Shown here: in pieces, positions 63,472-64,000 of the stretch
Position numbering within the stretch: the stretch's first letter is position 1
How the letters are laid out: every line of letters starts with the position of its first letter
From: Eledone cirrhosa
Taxonomy: Eukaryota
DNA: 64,000 bases
Direction of reading: 5' to 3'
NCBI GenBank assembly: GCA_964016885.1
Contig: OZ024748.1
Span: 1,798,001-1,862,000, forward strand
Notes under the pieces: model-generated
Seen by the model: the letters and a program-made list of their open reading frames with translations, nothing else
The model's database searches: none
What the model was told of the DNA's origin: nothing
Translations under genes and position numbers: made by a program

Positions 63472-64000
63472 CCCTAGATATGGTGTCTGTAAAATGGAAG
63501 TCTTCAGTAATGACTCAGCATACCAATAGGTTATGTGACTCATTATAATCATCTAACTTCCTTTCTAGAACAACAGGCAACAAACTAAGAGTGAGAGAAG
63601 TAGTTGTAGTTATGATTGGTTTCATTCTGCAGTATATCTGTTCAGTCTTCCTTGAAGCTATTTTTCCTCCTAGTCAGAGACCCCCCCCCCCCGGAAAAAA
63701 ACTACTACTGTAAAACGTCTCGTATTATTGATTCAATATTCTCTTAATTACTATTTTATCAATTCACGTTATGATAAAACAGAAATTAACATTAGATTAC
63801 TCCCGCAATAAATAATAAAGTACTATTACTTCATGACTTCAAAATACTCTTTATTATTATTAATCGTGTTGTTACATGATTACCTTCAGGTGAAGTACAG
63901 CTATTTATTTATTCCTTTACTAGCTTTAATCATTGAACTGCGACCATTCTGAGGCATTGCCTTCCAATGTTTTAGTCGGTCATACTAACCACAATAGTTA

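Overview
AT-rich, repeat-dense eukaryotic DNA with no intact protein-coding gene that I can recognise. It reads as an intronic or intergenic stretch of a coleoid cephalopod genome, most likely Octopus; this is inferred from recalled SINE/LINE families, not from a search. Mobile elements: two clear 5'-truncated RTE-clade LINEs on the minus strand (11368-12339 and 48461-50008, the latter with YADD and a C4HC3 PHD-like finger), older RTE fragments and many isolated RTE 3' tails, a decayed Tigger/pogo DDE transposase (about 50160-51900), TTAA-flanked piggyBac-type MITEs, hAT-like MITEs and at least four tRNA-headed SINE types. Tandem repeats: three homogeneous minisatellites (32/33 bp, a 5.3 kb array of 42 bp units, 46 bp), several degenerate arrays and many microsatellites. 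Best leads: (i) two of the minisatellites match one tandem-prone motif of the RTE LINE 3'UTR; (ii) about eight scattered, degenerate hammerhead-ribozyme-like motifs of the Penelope-like type, one with an intact core; (iii) a polarised variant code in the 42 bp array; (iv) a near-perfect SINE-derived hairpin with an A-C mismatch, plus inverted young SINE pairs that could be ADAR substrates; (v) several small candidate exons with no identifiable protein. Nothing here is a CRISPR array, and I cannot claim a wholly new biological system. Most ORF-track entries are artefacts of repeats or antisense LINE sequence. Boundaries of degraded elements are approximate and were read by eye.
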